64,000 bases of DNA from a virus (lineage: Duplodnaviria; Heunggongvirae; Uroviricota; Caudoviricetes). Of the stretch, positions 28,813-38,545 are shown piece after piece (positions within the stretch are counted from its first letter, which is position 1; each line of letters opens with the position of its first letter). The stretch is from positions 187,141 through 251,140 of IMG/VR virus record IMGVR_UViG_3300028413_000003; one strand, written 5' to 3'. The notes beneath the pieces are model-generated. The model was not told the origin of the DNA and did no database searches. It worked only from the letters and a program-made list of their open reading frames with translations. Both the position numbers and the translations under genes were made by a program.

Positions 28813-31377
28813 TTATCTCGGTCTATTGTTTCTAGGGTCTCTTGGTTGTGTTTGTGGAGGCAATGTAGTAGTTGTTATTCGAGCTTGTGTCACAGATGTC
28901 TCTGTGGGCGGCTCAGGGCGTGTGGGCGGCACAGGGCGTGTGGGCGGCACAGGACTTGTATTCCGAGTTAATATGTTACCGTCAATTCTGCCTAATGCCG
29001 TTAGCGAACTTCTATACTGTGATTCAAGTTGTTGCACTTGATCAAAAAAGCTTTCTAATCCAACTAGTTTTTCTCCAATTGTTTGATAATCTCCTGATGC
29101 AATTTCACCAATGTTTGCTCCAATTTGTGCAAGTCCAAGCAAAGAATTTGCAGCCGGGCCGGCTTCTTCTATAAAGTTATTTACGCTGCTGGCAACGCCT
29201 TCTGCGCCGATTTGGGTTGCAAAGTTGCGTATTGCACCCAAGCCGGCAAAGAAAGTATCCACAATATTTTTTAATTTGTCAATCGAACTCTGTGTTTGGT
29301 GTGCTGTTTTTGTCATTGTTAAAACTTGTAAGAATTTTCCTTGCTCAAACTTATTTTCAACTACATTACACCTATAGAGACCAGTAAACTGATCTGCAGG
29401 ATCGCTTAACAATAGGTCTCTGTTGTAATCAACTGGTGTGTTAAACTTTAATAATACGTACACCTCGCCTCTTAGCGGATCTGCTTCACGGTCAGCATTT
29501 ATTCCTGGAGCCAACGGTGCAGAAACATAGTTTCCAAAATCGCTAGAATTAATAAAATAAGGATCGCCCATAATAGTCAGTTCCATACTAACAAGGTCGG
29601 AACGACTATGCAATATTAAATCTCTAAAGGTTTTTGCTGCCCGGGTTCTATCAGTGTCAATAAATGTTCCGCCGGCAGTTTTATAAAGACTTGTAACTTG
29701 TTCAATGGTTGCTCTCAACTCCCCTAGTGTATTTTCAGTTTGTTCGCTGTTTGTTGGTGTTGTAATAGGAGGAGTGCTGGGCGTTGTATATGCCGATCCT
29801 CCCCAGGATGTAACAGCTTGAGTACTTGCTTGGTTGTTGTCAGATGGGCGGCCCATAAAGTATGCTGCATTATATGTAATATTAAAATCAATAATATCTC
29901 TGTTGAGGCCAGTGTACATGTAATTGTATGCTTTAACAGCATCATCAATTGCACGATCTGTGTTGTTGGACATGCTAGGAAGAGAAACTGACGAACTATG
30001 TATAAAATACGGATATACTTCAAATACAAATTTAAATGCCGGGCGTCCTGCAGTGGCCATTTCAGTCACTGATAAAATATAAGTTTTAATTTTGATCTTA
30101 AACCAGGGACGCATTCCAGAGCTGTCAATTGGGCGAGTTATAAATGACTGTCCCCATTTTGACAAAAGTATCACCGATGTAATTACTTGTTCAATTGTTG
30201 TTCCTTGTGGATAAGTATAAACTCGTTCAGATGGGTCAATGGATAAGCTTTCTCTATTGTAAAACTCGCCGTCCTCGTCAAATATAAATGCTTCATTTGC
30301 AAAGTCAACTGTTCCAAACTCGTTGAAGCTGTCAATCATTGCACTTGAGCCAATTTCGTTGCTGTTTTGGCTGAGGCCGTCCAATGATATTGCAGATGCA
30401 AGGTTGTTGATTGCAGATCCGATGGTATTCAATCTTGAATTAATTCCCACTTCGAGATTAGAGGCAGTGTTGGTGTCATTCAGCCCATTTCCTGAGTTAA
30501 TAGATGCTATATTGTTAATAGTGTTGCCAAGATTGCCCAAAGAATTGGATACATCGCCAATGCTTTCAATTGTGTTGTTAACTACATCAAGACCGTTTTG
30601 TATTGTTTGTAATGCGCCGCCAATGGCGCCGCTGTTTGCCGGCGCATCAGGAGAGATATCAAACGGAAAGTTTATTTGGTACTGGTCGCCAATGACCTTA
30701 AATGTTCTGTCTTCGCTTAATATTTCTTGTTTGTTTATTGCATTTGTCAAACTTCTTTCACCAAAACTTAAGATTTCGGCAACAGTTGACCCCTTGATAC
30801 TTATTTCTTCTTTTAATCCCTGCCGGGCAAACGAAAGTCCTTCGTGGTTCCACGGTGTTGCAGTAATTTCATACACTGCGCCGTCTGGTCCTGATGTAAA
30901 ATTGATCGAAGAGATACTTATAACAAAATTCTTTTGTGATACTTCCTCAAAAGTTCCGTCATCTTTCCAGCCTTTGAATTGCAGGCTTAGCAAATACGGT
31001 GCTTGAATATAATTGTCAAACCCTGCTCGTCTGGCTGCTAATGCTGCTGTTTGCAAAAATAATCCCAAGCTGTAAGGCTCGTGCACTTTGAAACTCAAGT
31101 TTGCAATAGCAACAGCAGGAGCATCAGAAGTAGGAGTAAAATTATTATCCAGTATTACATCATCAATAAAGAATTCGACATTTGAATCAATGTCTTCTTC
31201 CATTTGTGTGGTTGTAGTTTTTTTATTTCCGATGCCACCTGAGCTAATAATTTGTAGCTTTCCCTGTGTGCCTATATATTCTTCTGGACGATTAACTTCG
31301 CCGGGATACATTGCACTCATAGTCCAAATATAGTTATACGATACGTATTTGTGCAGTGGATTGGCCAGTAATGCCAT
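28813..31377 (-). CDS. Baseplate hub/tail protein (gp27-like position)
   Basis: 854 aa; NPLHKYVSYNYIW start and ELTIMGDPYFI...FTGLYRCNVVENKFEQGKFLQVL; lies between gp53-like and gp5-like genes. Confidence 0.6.
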   Translation of the reverse strand: MALLANPLHKYVSYNYIWTMSAMYPGEVNRPEEYIGTQGKLQIISSGGIGNKKTTTTQMEEDIDSNVEFFIDDVILDNNFTPTSDAPAVAIANLSFKVHEPYSLGLFLQTAALAARRAGFDNYIQAPYLLSLQFKGWKDDGTFEEVSQKNFVISISSINFTSGPDGAVYEITATPWNHEGLSFARQGLKEEISIKGSTVAEILSFGERSLTNAINKQEILSEDRTFKVIGDQYQINFPFDISPDAPANSGAIGGALQTIQNGLDVVNNTIESIGDVSNSLGNLGNTINNIASINSGNGLNDTNTASNLEVGINSRLNTIGSAINNLASAISLDGLSQNSNEIGSSAMIDSFNEFGTVDFANEAFIFDEDGEFYNRESLSIDPSERVYTYPQGTTIEQVITSVILLSKWGQSFITRPIDSSGMRPWFKIKIKTYILSVTEMATAGRPAFKFVFEVYPYFIHSSSVSLPSMSNNTDRAIDDAVKAYNYMYTGLNRDIIDFNITYNAAYFMGRPSDNNQASTQAVTSWGGSAYTTPSTPPITTPTNSEQTENTLGELRATIEQVTSLYKTAGGTFIDTDRTRAAKTFRDLILHSRSDLVSMELTIMGDPYFINSSDFGNYVSAPLAPGINADREADPLRGEVYVLLKFNTPVDYNRDLLLSDPADQFTGLYRCNVVENKFEQGKFLQVLTMTKTAHQTQSSIDKLKNIVDTFFAGLGAIRNFATQIGAEGVASSVNNFIEEAGPAANSLLGLAQIGANIGEIASGDYQTIGEKLVGLESFFDQVQQLESQYRSSLTALGRIDGNILTRNTSPVPPTRPVPPTRPEPPTETSVTQARITTTTLPPQTQPRDPRNNRPR
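28904..28953. repeat. 18-bp tandem repeat (~3 copies) encoding PVPPTR/PEPPTE
   Basis: gtgggcggc(t/a)cagggcgt repeated in the Pro-rich C-terminus of 28813..31377. Confidence 0.85.
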
Positions 31378-31380
31378 GTA

Positions 31381-31683
31381 TTAAACTCCTAACAATGATG
31401 ATAATGTTGATTTCTTTGGTAAAAATATTTGTGTCCCTGGAATAAAATCAAATAATGGATCTTTTAAAACTTCAATGTTTCTTTCCGTAAACACCCACCA
31501 CAATTTTGGTGTGTCATACAAGTCAAATGCTAACAAATCTGGCCTATATGTGTATTGTGGTGTAATTTCGTACAGTATGTCACTTGGATCAGATGGTATT
31601 GATCGCTTTTGCCAAAAGTCTAGATATCCTCCGCTGTTTGTTTTTGTTAATCCGTAAGGACTTGATTTATTGTATCTTGCCAT
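31381..31683 (-). CDS. gp53: Baseplate wedge protein gp53-like (LysM-like)
   Basis: YRPDLLAFDLYDTPKLWWVF...DPLFDFIPGTQIFLP motif. Confidence 0.8.
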   Translation of the reverse strand: MARYNKSSPYGLTKTNSGGYLDFWQKRSIPSDPSDILYEITPQYTYRPDLLAFDLYDTPKLWWVFTERNIEVLKDPLFDFIPGTQIFLPKKSTLSSLLGV

Positions 31684-32558
31684 TATATAATTCCTTGTCC
31701 GCCGCCAATGTATCCACCCTGTACATAAGTATCTAGGCTGAATTTTCTCACAGTGTCTCTGCTGTATGCAGGCGATACTGTGATGTTCAAACGACTTAAT
31801 GTTGGAACATGACTGTATCCGCCAGGTACAGAAGTTCTTGACAATTCCGGAGTTTGACTTAAATCTAAACTGTTTGATACAGGAACTTGAAGATAATCAA
31901 CGCTATCCGGCAAGTCAAGGGTAAACAACTTAACCACACACGGCATCTTGTTAAAAACAAAGTCTCCGTATCCACTTAAATGAACCAATGGTGGCGGTGC
32001 GCCTAGATGGCTGCTGTTGCCGTAAAACATTTTTGTTGCACTTCTCATAAAGTGTACTGCGGATATCCAATATCTTCCGTCTGTTTCGTTTTCAACTGGA
32101 AATTCTGCAGTGATAGTAATGTCTTCGACTGTACTGCTTTGATAAACAGGATAAGCATAGTTAGTATGCGTGGGTTGCAGGTTATTGTAATTTGCAGCAT
32201 GAGTAACTAATATTTGAGGAGTAGTCGGGAACACCATACTGTTGTTTGAATCATATAATGGTTGTAATATCGGGGAATTCATAAAGGACGGTATGTTGGT
32301 AGGAAGATGCAATCTTACTCTCCAGTCACTTCCTCCTGATTCTGACCCTGCACTCCAGCTAACCGGAGTATAATCTTCATAGGTTTCTTCGGCGCCAGCA
32401 GGGAGACCACCTAGTCTAGCCATGCGAGAAATACCCAGGGCGCTTCCAAAATTACCAAGTGCATTTGTTACCCCTACTCCGGCGCCGAGTATCCTTGATG
32501 CATCACTTGCAGTACCTTGCACTGTTTGTAAAAAATTGTTGATTCCTGATGTTGCCAT
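31683..32558 (-). CDS. Baseplate/tail-tube initiator (gp48/gp54-like)
   Basis: DWRVRL, MVFPTTPQI, ITITAEFPVEN, GAPPPLVHLSGYG..F..MPCVV; first gene of the baseplate operon behind a TAAATA motif. Confidence 0.65.
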   Translation of the reverse strand: MATSGINNFLQTVQGTASDASRILGAGVGVTNALGNFGSALGISRMARLGGLPAGAEETYEDYTPVSWSAGSESGGSDWRVRLHLPTNIPSFMNSPILQPLYDSNNSMVFPTTPQILVTHAANYNNLQPTHTNYAYPVYQSSTVEDITITAEFPVENETDGRYWISAVHFMRSATKMFYGNSSHLGAPPPLVHLSGYGDFVFNKMPCVVKLFTLDLPDSVDYLQVPVSNSLDLSQTPELSRTSVPGGYSHVPTLSRLNITVSPAYSRDTVRKFSLDTYVQGGYIGGGQGII

Positions 32559-32583
32559 TATTTGTTTCTCCTACAGTATTTAG

Positions 32584-32612
32584 TTGACAAAATTAACTAT
32601 GTGTATTATTAT
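32584..32612 (+). promoter_or_regulatory. Sigma70-type (early/middle) promoter for the late sigma gene
   Basis: TTGACA (32584-89), 17-nt spacer, TATTAT (32607-12); GGAGA RBS before ATG at 32634. Confidence 0.7.
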
Positions 32613-32633
32613 AATACTAAGTTTGGAGAAACT

Positions 32634-33464
32634 ATGAAAAGAGTAAACTATCTCAATAATAAAGACATGCTGAAAGAAATTCACAAGTCGAAAAGCACGT
32701 ATTCTAGCTTTGTTGCGCCCGAATACGCTAATCACGACATTATTTTACTGAGTACTAATGAAATTAATATCAGGACAGTAGCCGAAGCTAAACGCAACAA
32801 AGCAAAGAAACTTAGCTCGGAAGAATATGATTGTCGAAAGAAAGCCGGCGAAAAGGTAAAGCAAGCTGATTGTGAACACGACTATAGAAAAATAGAAAAA
32901 CACGATCTGATTTTTAGAGTTATGACATTTGACCATATACCAGAAGAGCCCGGTCGTAAGAAAAACCCCAAGACTGTTGCTGATACCAAGACCAAGTTAA
33001 ACTTTCCTCCGTTTCACCATTACAAGTACAACGAAAATGATGAATTAATTCTAGTAGGCAAGAGTCATTGGCAGGGCGGTATGGAAAACGGACATTTTTC
33101 CAAAGAACACGGAAGAGCTACCAACACACTTGCAATGATGTGGTTGAAGTTGTGCGAACGATATGCAACCAGGGGCAATGTAAGAGGTTACACTTACAAT
33201 GACGAAATGAAAGGACAGGCTATTTTGCAGTTGGCTCAGATCGGGTTGCAATTTGACGAATCAAAGAGTCAAAACCCATTTGCTTACTACACTGCTGCTG
33301 TTACCAACTCATTTGTTAGAGTTATTAACATCGAACAGCGAAATCGGCAAGTAAGAGACAACATTCTTGAAATGAATAACCTAACTCCGTCGTTTACTCG
33401 GCAAGCCGAAGGCGAATACGAGCTGGGGCTTCAAAGATTTGAAGACTCTCATAAAAAGAAATAG
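32634..33464 (+). CDS. gp55: Late-transcription sigma factor, T4 gp55-like (true start ATG 32634)
   Basis: NYLNNKDMLKEI, RGYTYNDEMKGQAILQL...FDESKSQNPFAYYTAAVTNSFVRVINIE; sits directly upstream of gp47/gp46 as in T4-like phages. Confidence 0.85.
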   Translation: MKRVNYLNNKDMLKEIHKSKSTYSSFVAPEYANHDIILLSTNEINIRTVAEAKRNKAKKLSSEEYDCRKKAGEKVKQADCEHDYRKIEKHDLIFRVMTFDHIPEEPGRKKNPKTVADTKTKLNFPPFHHYKYNENDELILVGKSHWQGGMENGHFSKEHGRATNTLAMMWLKLCERYATRGNVRGYTYNDEMKGQAILQLAQIGLQFDESKSQNPFAYYTAAVTNSFVRVINIEQRNRQVRDNILEMNNLTPSFTRQAEGEYELGLQRFEDSHKKK

Positions 33465-33493
33465 TTGACTTAATGACTTTATTGCTTTATACT
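33465..33493 (+). promoter_or_regulatory. Sigma70-type promoter for gp47/gp46
   Basis: TTGACT, 17-nt spacer, TATACT; GGAG RBS before the TTG start at 33517. Confidence 0.65.
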
Positions 33494-33516
33494 ATAATAA
33501 ATTACGGAGTATAAAT

Positions 33517-34527
33517 TTGTTTAAAAAAGCAGCGGTCTTTACTGACCTTCATCTTGGAATGAAAGGTAATTCCAAGGTACACAACAACGATTGTGAAGAA
33601 TTTGTCGACTGGTACATTGCTACTGCAAAAGCAAATGGCTGCGAAACTGGAATCTTCTGCGGCGACTGGAATCATAATAGAAATGCACTAAATTTAACCA
33701 CAATGGACAGTGGATTGCGGTGTTTGGAGAAACTAGGTGCAGCGTTTGACAAATTTTATATGTTTGCAGGCAACCATGATCTCTATTACAAAGACAAAAG
33801 AGATGTTAAGTCCACAGAGTTTGCAAAACATGTTCCGGGAATTACAGTTGTTAACGAAACTTTCATCGATGGTGACGTTGCACTGGTTCCGTGGCTAGTG
33901 GGCGACGAATGGAAAGGTATTTCCAAGATTAAATCAAAGTATTTGTTTGGACACTTCGAATTGCCATCGTTCTACATGAACGCAATGGTGCAAATGCCCG
34001 ATCACGGTGAGCTAAAAGCTGAACATTTCAAACATCAAGAGTATGTGTTCAGCGGCCACTTCCACAAACGTCAGAAACAAGGCAAAGTTCACTACATGGG
34101 CAATGCGTTTCCTCACAACTATGCTGATGCATGGGACGATGACAGAGGAATGATGATACTGGACACTGAAAACAATGCCGAACCACAGTATATCAATTGG
34201 GAACAATGTCCTAAGTATCGCACAGTTACTCTTAGTAGGCTGATCGATGAGAAAGATGAATTGATCAAAAATAAGATGTACCTTAGGGTAGTACTCGACA
34301 TACCAATCAGCTTTGAGGAAGCATCTTTCATTAAAGAAACATTCATGGAAGAGTACAAATGTCGAGAAATTACATTAATACCGCAGAAACAACTCGAAGA
34401 AATTAATACCGGACTTGATATCGAACAGTTCGAGAGTGTTGATCAAATTGTTAGTAACGAAATACTTGCAATCGATAGTGAAGCCTTTGATAAAAAGGTT
34501 CTTTTGGATATTTATAACGACTTATGA
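33517..34527 (+). CDS. gp47: Recombination nuclease subunit (Mre11/SbcD, gp47)
   Basis: Metallophosphoesterase motifs DLHLG, GDWNH, GNHD, GHFE, SGHFH. Confidence 0.92.
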   Translation: MFKKAAVFTDLHLGMKGNSKVHNNDCEEFVDWYIATAKANGCETGIFCGDWNHNRNALNLTTMDSGLRCLEKLGAAFDKFYMFAGNHDLYYKDKRDVKSTEFAKHVPGITVVNETFIDGDVALVPWLVGDEWKGISKIKSKYLFGHFELPSFYMNAMVQMPDHGELKAEHFKHQEYVFSGHFHKRQKQGKVHYMGNAFPHNYADAWDDDRGMMILDTENNAEPQYINWEQCPKYRTVTLSRLIDEKDELIKNKMYLRVVLDIPISFEEASFIKETFMEEYKCREITLIPQKQLEEINTGLDIEQFESVDQIVSNEILAIDSEAFDKKVLLDIYNDL

Positions 34528-34793
34528 TAAAAATTAAAGACTTAACCGCAAAGAACTTTATGTCAGTGGGGAATGTAACGCAAGCTGTGGATTTTGATAA
34601 AGAACAGTTAACACTAGTGCTTGGTGAGAACCTTGATCAAGGTGGTGACGACAATGGTTCACGAAACGGTACTGGCAAATGCCTTTGTATAAATACTATT
34701 GTAAAGGTAAGAAACACTGTTACAGGTGAAATTTACAAAACAACAATAGGAGAGCTATACAATGCCGCGATGGAACAACAGTCTAAAAAATAA
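34524..34793 (+). CDS. gp46: gp46/Rad50/SbcC N-terminal fragment (52 aa) fused to a 37-aa split N-intein
   Basis: IKDLTAKNFMSVGN...LVLGENLD...RNGTGK (Walker A cut before TT), then CLCINTIVKVRN..GEIYKTTIGELY, an intein block A, then a stop. Confidence 0.9.
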   Translation: MIKIKDLTAKNFMSVGNVTQAVDFDKEQLTLVLGENLDQGGDDNGSRNGTGKCLCINTIVKVRNTVTGEIYKTTIGELYNAAMEQQSKK

Positions 34794-36215
34794 TTGCATT
34801 GATATATTAAATAATGTAATTAAAAATATAGAAACAAATACTTATAATAAGATGCTTGATGAAGTGTTAGCTTTAGATATAAAAAATAATAAAAAAAATA
34901 TCGAAACCTATATTAGAAATAGATTAGGTATTGTTACAAAAGATTCAAGACATACAAAAAAGTATTGGACCCTCAGAGGCTGGACAGACAACGAAGCTTA
35001 TGTTAATTCAAAAGAAAACAAACAAAAAAATTATAAAAGTGTATATAGCAGAGAATTTTGGTTAGAAAAAATTAACCTGTCTACTAACAAGCTTTATACA
35101 GTCGAAGAAGCAGATTTTGAACGTAACAGTCGTCGACCTATTAGAAAAGAATATTGGATTAATAAAGGATATAACGTCGAAGACGCATCCAGGCTAGCAA
35201 AAGAAACAAAATCTTCTAATAACAAAAAAGGAGCAAAAAAATCTGCAGATTCGGATGTAAGACGTGTTACATCAAAACGATGTATTGAATATTATACTAC
35301 AAGAGGTTATAACAAAGAAGAATCTAAAAAATTAGTAGCCAAAGGTCAAAAATATTTTTCTAAAGATATATGTATCGAAAAATATGGAAAAGAAAGAGGA
35401 TTAAAAATTTGGCAAGATCGACAAGACCGTTGGCAAGAGACATTAAATTCAAAGTCAGATAAAGAGAAAGCAAGAATTAATCGATTAAAACTTACAAAAG
35501 GAATAACCGTTTCGGCTGCTGAAAAAAAAATTATTAATGAAGTAGAGAAAACATATAAAGACTTAATAATTATACCGCAATTTACCTTATCAGTTAACAA
35601 TAAAAAACAATATGTTTACGATATTGCTTGCAAAAATAAAATTATTGAATACAACGGAGACTTTTGGCACTGTAATCCTAAAAAATATTCTGCAGATTAT
35701 ATAAATCCTAGAACTAAACTGATAGCTTCTGAAAAATGGAAGTTAGACGAACAAAAAATTAAATTTGCCGAAGATCAAGGATACGAAGTTTTAGTTGTCT
35801 GGGAAAGTGATTTTAAAAGAAATAAAGAGGAAGTATTAGAGAAATGCATACAATTTCTAACACAATAGAAAGAAAGTTTATTGATAGCCTGGATCTATCC
35901 AACTTGGAAATTGAAACAGATAGCGGGTGGCATCCTGTAACTACTATTCACAAAACTGTTCCATATACAGTGTGGAAACTAGAGACTGATTCTGGATTAA
36001 TTCTAGAATGTGCTGATACTCATATTGTGTTCGACCAAAGCTTCGATGAAATTTTTGTTAAAGATATTATCAAAAACAAAACAAAAATAATAACAAAGCA
36101 CGGTCCTGATCTAGTTGTAAAACTTATCAAAACCGACCTTTGCGAGAATATGTTTGACGTAACAGTAGATAGCAATGATCACAGATTTTATTCAAACAAC
36201 ATACTTTCGCATAAT
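34680..36215 (+). mobile_element. Split intein interrupted by a free-standing endonuclease gene (IntN 34680-34790; IntC 35844-36215)
   Basis: Cys1 codon at 34680; IntC has block B (LECADTHIVF), block F (MFDVTV) and terminal SHN followed by Thr+1 at 36216; region is visibly more A-rich than the flanking exteins. Confidence 0.88.
34762..35868 (+). CDS. Vsr/DUF559-like (EDxHD-type) homing endonuclease with N-terminal repeats
   Basis: C-terminal YVYDIACKNKIIEYNGDFWHCNP...DEQKIKFAEDQGYEVLVVWESDF; repeats KYWTLRGWTDNEA, EYWINKGYNVEDA, EYYTTRGYNKEES; overlaps both intein halves. Confidence 0.8.
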   Translation: MPRWNNSLKNNCIDILNNVIKNIETNTYNKMLDEVLALDIKNNKKNIETYIRNRLGIVTKDSRHTKKYWTLRGWTDNEAYVNSKENKQKNYKSVYSREFWLEKINLSTNKLYTVEEADFERNSRRPIRKEYWINKGYNVEDASRLAKETKSSNNKKGAKKSADSDVRRVTSKRCIEYYTTRGYNKEESKKLVAKGQKYFSKDICIEKYGKERGLKIWQDRQDRWQETLNSKSDKEKARINRLKLTKGITVSAAEKKIINEVEKTYKDLIIIPQFTLSVNNKKQYVYDIACKNKIIEYNGDFWHCNPKKYSADYINPRTKLIASEKWKLDEQKIKFAEDQGYEVLVVWESDFKRNKEEVLEKCIQFLTQ

Positions 36216-37844
36216 ACCACTATCATCAACGCATTGTCGTATGCGCTTTACGGACAAGCGCTTACTAACATCAAACGGAACAACTTGATCAACAAGACCA
36301 ACCGCAAAGGTATGTTGGTTACACTAAACTTTGAAAAGGGAGGACTAACTTATCGCATCGAGCGTGGAAGATCTCCTAATGTACTCAAATTTTATGTAAA
36401 CGATATTGAACAAGTTGACGCTACTACCGACGAAAGTCAAGGCGACAGCAGAGAAACACAAAAGGCAATTGGTACATTACTAGGAATGACCCACAACATG
36501 TTCAAGCATATTGTAGCTCTAAACACCTACTCCGAACCGTTCCTTAGTATGAGAACCAATGATCAAAGAGAGATCATCGAACAGCTATTAGGTATTACCT
36601 TGCTTTCCGAGAAGGCCGAAGTACTCAAAGAGAAGGTAAAGCGAACAAAAGAGTCTATTACCGAAGAAACTCTTAAGATCAGTTCCATTCAAACAAGCAA
36701 TGAGAAGATTGGCCAGAGTATTAACACACTAAAGACTCGACGGAATGCATGGAACACCAAGACAAAGCAGGATATTGTAAAGTTTCAGTCAGCAATTACA
36801 GAACTCGAGCGTCTAGACATTGACAAAGAGCTAGAAGCTCACGATTTGCTTGCCAACTGGACCAAGCACAACAACGAAATAACAGCACTCAACAAGGAAA
36901 AGTCAACACTGGACTCTGCTATGTTACGGGCTGACAAAGGTGTGAGTACACTTGTTAATGATATATCCGGGTTAGACAATGCAACGTGTTACACATGCGG
37001 ACAAGAACTTCATGCAGACAAAAAAGCAGAGATTACAGCTAAACGGAACAAAGAACTAGAGGATGCTACTACATACCAGAGCGAAGTTGCTCGTAAACTC
37101 GGTACAGTACTAACAGCACTTGAAAACATTGGCGATATCAACGGCAGACCAAAGACTTATTATGAAAATGCCAAAGAAGCCTATGAGCATCGAAATAATG
37201 TCGACTCACTAACCAATGCTCTGCAAACCAAACTCGATGACGAAGACCCTTACCAGCAGCAAATTGACGATTTAACCGAAACTGCATTGCAAGATGTGAG
37301 TTGGGATGAAGTAAACACACTTACATTGCTAAAAGAGCACCAAGAGTTCCTTCTCAAGCTGTTAACCAACAAGGACAGTTTTATTCGCAAGAAGATCATT
37401 GATCAAAACCTTGCTTACCTCAACAGCAGGCTAACTTCATACCTTGACAAGCTAGGATTACCACATCAGGTACAATTTCAAAATGATTTATCTGTAGAAA
37501 TCACACAACTAGGCCAAGATTTGGACTTTGACAACTTGTCAAGAGGAGAACGCAACAGATTGATCCTAGGATTGAGCTTTGCATTCCGCGATGTATGGGA
37601 ATCGTTGTACCAAGGTGTTAATTTACTGTTCATAGACGAACTTATTGACAGCGGAATGGACACAGCCGGAGTTGAAAATTCTCTTGCTATCCTAAAGAAG
37701 ATGGGAAGAGAAAGAAATAAGAATATATTTTTAATATCTCACAAAGATGAGCTAATTGGTAGAGTTAACCACTTATTAAAGGTGATTAAAGAAAACGGCT
37801 TTACAACCTTTAGTAACGATCTTGAAATTAGCAGTGTTGTGTAA
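35844..37844 (+). CDS. gp46: 124-aa split C-intein fused to the gp46/Rad50/SbcC C-terminal fragment (542 aa)
   Basis: ...NNILSHN|TTIINALSYALYG, coiled coil, Zn-hook CYTC, ABC signature LSRGE, Walker B LLFIDE, ISH motif. Confidence 0.92.
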   Translation: MHTISNTIERKFIDSLDLSNLEIETDSGWHPVTTIHKTVPYTVWKLETDSGLILECADTHIVFDQSFDEIFVKDIIKNKTKIITKHGPDLVVKLIKTDLCENMFDVTVDSNDHRFYSNNILSHNTTIINALSYALYGQALTNIKRNNLINKTNRKGMLVTLNFEKGGLTYRIERGRSPNVLKFYVNDIEQVDATTDESQGDSRETQKAIGTLLGMTHNMFKHIVALNTYSEPFLSMRTNDQREIIEQLLGITLLSEKAEVLKEKVKRTKESITEETLKISSIQTSNEKIGQSINTLKTRRNAWNTKTKQDIVKFQSAITELERLDIDKELEAHDLLANWTKHNNEITALNKEKSTLDSAMLRADKGVSTLVNDISGLDNATCYTCGQELHADKKAEITAKRNKELEDATTYQSEVARKLGTVLTALENIGDINGRPKTYYENAKEAYEHRNNVDSLTNALQTKLDDEDPYQQQIDDLTETALQDVSWDEVNTLTLLKEHQEFLLKLLTNKDSFIRKKIIDQNLAYLNSRLTSYLDKLGLPHQVQFQNDLSVEITQLGQDLDFDNLSRGERNRLILGLSFAFRDVWESLYQGVNLLFIDELIDSGMDTAGVENSLAILKKMGRERNKNIFLISHKDELIGRVNHLLKVIKENGFTTFSNDLEISSVV

Positions 37845-37848
37845 CTAA

Positions 37849-38088
37849 ATGATAGATGATGATAACGACCTGCACGATCAGTTAGCAAGAGCATTTTTAG
37901 AATACTTTAAAGCAAACGAGGTGTTTATTCGTAAACCCTCGCTTGCCAAGCGAGTTGCTGCAAGGAAATGGCTGAGTACTATTATGTTATTAGCTAAGAA
38001 TCGACGAGAAGAAATATTAGATTCACACAGGTATAAAGGCGAAAAAAACTACATCAAGAAGAAAAATATCAAAAAGAAGGCTCCGTAA
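37849..38088 (+). CDS. Hypothetical protein
   Basis: 79-aa helical, basic-tailed ORF packed directly after gp46. Confidence 0.6.
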   Translation: MIDDDNDLHDQLARAFLEYFKANEVFIRKPSLAKRVAARKWLSTIMLLAKNRREEILDSHRYKGEKNYIKKKNIKKKAP

Positions 38089-38110
38089 AAACTTCATAGG
38101 TAAGTACTGT

Positions 38111-38545
38111 ATGCAATGGATGTACAATGACGAACCGGTTGAAAATATACCAGAAGGCTACATAGGCTTCGTTTATCTTATTACAAATTTGACAAACAAT
38201 AGAAAATACATAGGCAAAAAACTCACAGAGTTTAAAACAACCAAACCACCTCTTAAAGGCAAAAAAAATAAAAGGCGCGGCACTAAAGAAAGCGACTGGA
38301 GAACCTACTGGGGCTCATCGGATAAGTTGCTTGCTGACATCGCTGCACTCGGTGACGACAAATTTACTAGGGAAATACTTTTCTACTGCATGAGCAGAGG
38401 TGAATTAAGTTACATAGAGGCAAAACAGCAGTTTGATCGTAAAGTTCTTGAAACAGATGATTACTACAACGGTATCATTAACGTAAGAGTAGGCGGATCA
38501 AATATACTTCGGCAGCGATTGTTAGAACATGCCAAAAAAAAGTAA
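38111..38545 (+). CDS. Small GIY-YIG-like endonuclease
   Basis: GFVYLITNLTNNRKYIGKK...YWGSS...FTREIL...E...YYNG. Confidence 0.75.
   Translation: MQWMYNDEPVENIPEGYIGFVYLITNLTNNRKYIGKKLTEFKTTKPPLKGKKNKRRGTKESDWRTYWGSSDKLLADIAALGDDKFTREILFYCMSRGELSYIEAKQQFDRKVLETDDYYNGIINVRVGGSNILRQRLLEHAKKK

Noticed and set aside
7031-32210. Numerous 60-230-aa + strand ORFs opposite the baseplate genes (e.g. 30323..31006)
   Set aside because: These are antisense shadows of long - strand genes, with no RBS or recognisable motifs.
34524-37844. gp46 as a pseudogene or frameshifted assembly
   Set aside because: Both halves carry intact intein termini exactly at the Walker A break and all Rad50 motifs are intact.
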